Source of the DNA: a virus
Direction: 5' to 3' (one strand)
Length of the DNA stretch: 64,000 nt
Virus record (IMG/VR): IMGVR_UViG_3300045988_159051
Part shown: positions 62,810-64,000 of the stretch, piece after piece
How the letters are laid out: the number at the start of each line of letters is the position of its first letter
Numbering within the stretch: the stretch's first letter is position 1
Made by a program: the position numbers and the translations under genes
Notes under the pieces: model-generated
Database searches by the model: none
What the model saw: only the letters and a program-made list of their open reading frames with translations
Told to the model about the DNA's origin: nothing

Positions 62810-63376
62810 ATTAAATAGTAGGTAACCTTGTGAAGATGTTTGTTAAACTGCAAGGAGTTAAGGTATGTTGATTCAGTTATTATAAGAATACTTTTAATAG
62901 GTGGATTTGGTGTAATAGTAATATTGCAACAGAAGCGGAAAATCTGCAACGACAACTTAACGTGCTTATTATATACGTTCATAAAAACATAATTCTCTTG
63001 GTAGCAATAATATACGCTCTCTGTGAGAGAATAATCTTATATGTTGAATGTAGGGATATATTTAACCTCTATGAGAAATTCCAAATAATGCTATTGGTCG
63101 TGAACTTGAGAAATCAAGGTATAACAAGAGTTTGTAGTACGAGTAGCCAAAGACTAGAAGGTAAAATAAAAGAATTCTATTTTCTGAAAAACTGGTGAAA
63201 GTTAGAGGTAGTCAATCCTCTTCAAGTTTTCAGTGTTATTACACTGTTGTAAATATAGGGCAAGAAGCATCAAGGTCGCTCCTTAATGCTCAGACTTGTC
63301 TTCTTGGTGGTTGAATATATGGGAAGTATGTAATCGGTAAGGTGAAGACCTACCTACTATTCTATTTAATTTATAT

Positions 63377-63468
63377 GGAGAGTTAGTTCTAATTGGTAAG
63401 TCGGAAGATTGCTAATCTTCTGGTCGGTGTAAATCGGCTTGTGGGTTCGAGTCCCACACTCTCCGCCA
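63377..63468 (+). tRNA. tRNA-Ser (anticodon GCT)
   Basis: The acceptor pairs GGAGAGT/ACTCTCC. The anticodon arm is GGAAG-ATTGCTAA-TCTTC. It has a long variable arm and a T-arm GGGTTCGAGTCCC, with the CCA encoded. Confidence 0.8.
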
Positions 63469-63522
63469 GTTATTAAAGGCTTCTTAGGAGGTCTTATTTT
63501 TATTTTAAGGGAGAATGATATT

Positions 63523-63705
63523 ATGGCAAAGAGAAAGAGAAGTTTAAATTTAAGTAAAACGGAACTTATATTTGAAGATGACAAAGTTATAGCTATAGAG
63601 CATTTAAAAGATGAAGATAAAACTTATGATTTAGTTGATTTATTAAGAGATTTTGAAGGATGTCAGAATTTAACGATTTCAGTTTCAACAGAAAAAGAAA
63701 TATAA
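63523..63705 (+). CDS. hypothetical protein
   Basis: A 60-aa ORF with an AGGGAGA RBS. The longer ORF-track version would overlap the tRNA and is rejected. Confidence 0.35.
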   Translation: MAKRKRSLNLSKTELIFEDDKVIAIEHLKDEDKTYDLVDLLRDFEGCQNLTISVSTEKEI

Positions 63706-63730
63706 GATAACTTAAAGGGAGATTGGGTTA

Positions 63731-64000
63731 TGGAAAATTTTGATAAGATAGTTGAAGCATGTGTCGGTAAACTTAACAAAGAAGAACCATTTTCAACTAT
63801 GGGATGGGGAGAAATAGTTGATTATTTAGGTATAGATTATCATCCAGATAATTTACGTAAAGGGGCGTACTTCTTAAAGAAATATCATGATTATTTACAA
63901 GATGAGAAGATGCAAAGTATGAGTTCGGATGAGATTGAGAAATTAAATGAAAAAATTTTAGAACTTAAAAAAGAACGTGTAAAGTTATCGGATTTAAATT
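63731..64000 (+). CDS. hypothetical protein (partial, runs off the window end)
   Basis: An ORF beginning MENFDKIVEACVGKLNKEEP with a GGGAGA RBS. Confidence 0.35.

Noticed and set aside
62728-62982. An 84-aa minus-strand ORF
   Set aside because: It overlaps tRNA-Trp on the opposite strand.
63366-63584. A 72-aa minus-strand ORF, and the N-terminal extension of the 63439 plus-strand ORF
   Set aside because: Both overlap tRNA-Ser. The plus-strand gene is accepted only from the ATG at 63523, which has an RBS.

Overview
The window is AT-rich (roughly 25-30% GC) and looks like a phage, prophage or phage-plasmid genome segment from a low-GC Firmicute, with a clostridial-type base composition. Almost all genes from 1 to 58.6 kb are on the minus strand in tightly packed, often overlapping arrays. 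The first 38 kb form a nucleotide-metabolism and DNA-replication module. It contains anaerobic ribonucleotide reductase nrdD split by a group I intron that carries a GIY-YIG homing endonuclease gene. It also contains two Dam-like adenine methyltransferases, thymidine kinase, a PnuC transporter, a nucleoside 2-deoxyribosyltransferase-like enzyme, a DnaE-like DNA polymerase III alpha subunit, a Cas4/RecB-like nuclease, a Toprim primase, a DnaB helicase, a Sak4-like ATPase, an ATP-dependent ligase and a RepA_N initiator. Interspersed are several HNH homing endonucleases, three YopX paralogs, a flotillin and a block of very small early-type genes at 23.4-31.2 kb, many of which share a conserved junction motif. 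Downstream lie a PadR pair, an IS3-family insertion next to a (TA)14 microsatellite, a tyrosine integrase with an adjacent iteron array and extremely AT-rich DNA, and a set of moron-like single-gene units. The 54.2-58.6 kb region encodes a Replic_Relax-like protein and an FtsK/TraB-like translocase (transfer-like module). A divergent XRE switch at 58.6-59.0 kb is followed on the plus strand by a P-loop NTPase gene, a sigma-region-4-like protein, an HU-like protein and two tRNAs (Trp, Ser). The most striking non-coding signals are three. First, about 20 copies of a near-consensus sigma-A-type promoter carry an unusually conserved spacer. Second, two long ORF-free stretches with elevated GC at 33.3-34.4 kb and between the two tRNAs are candidate large structured RNAs. 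Third, the same family of hairpin terminators recurs. No structural, terminase or lysis genes are recognisable in this window.
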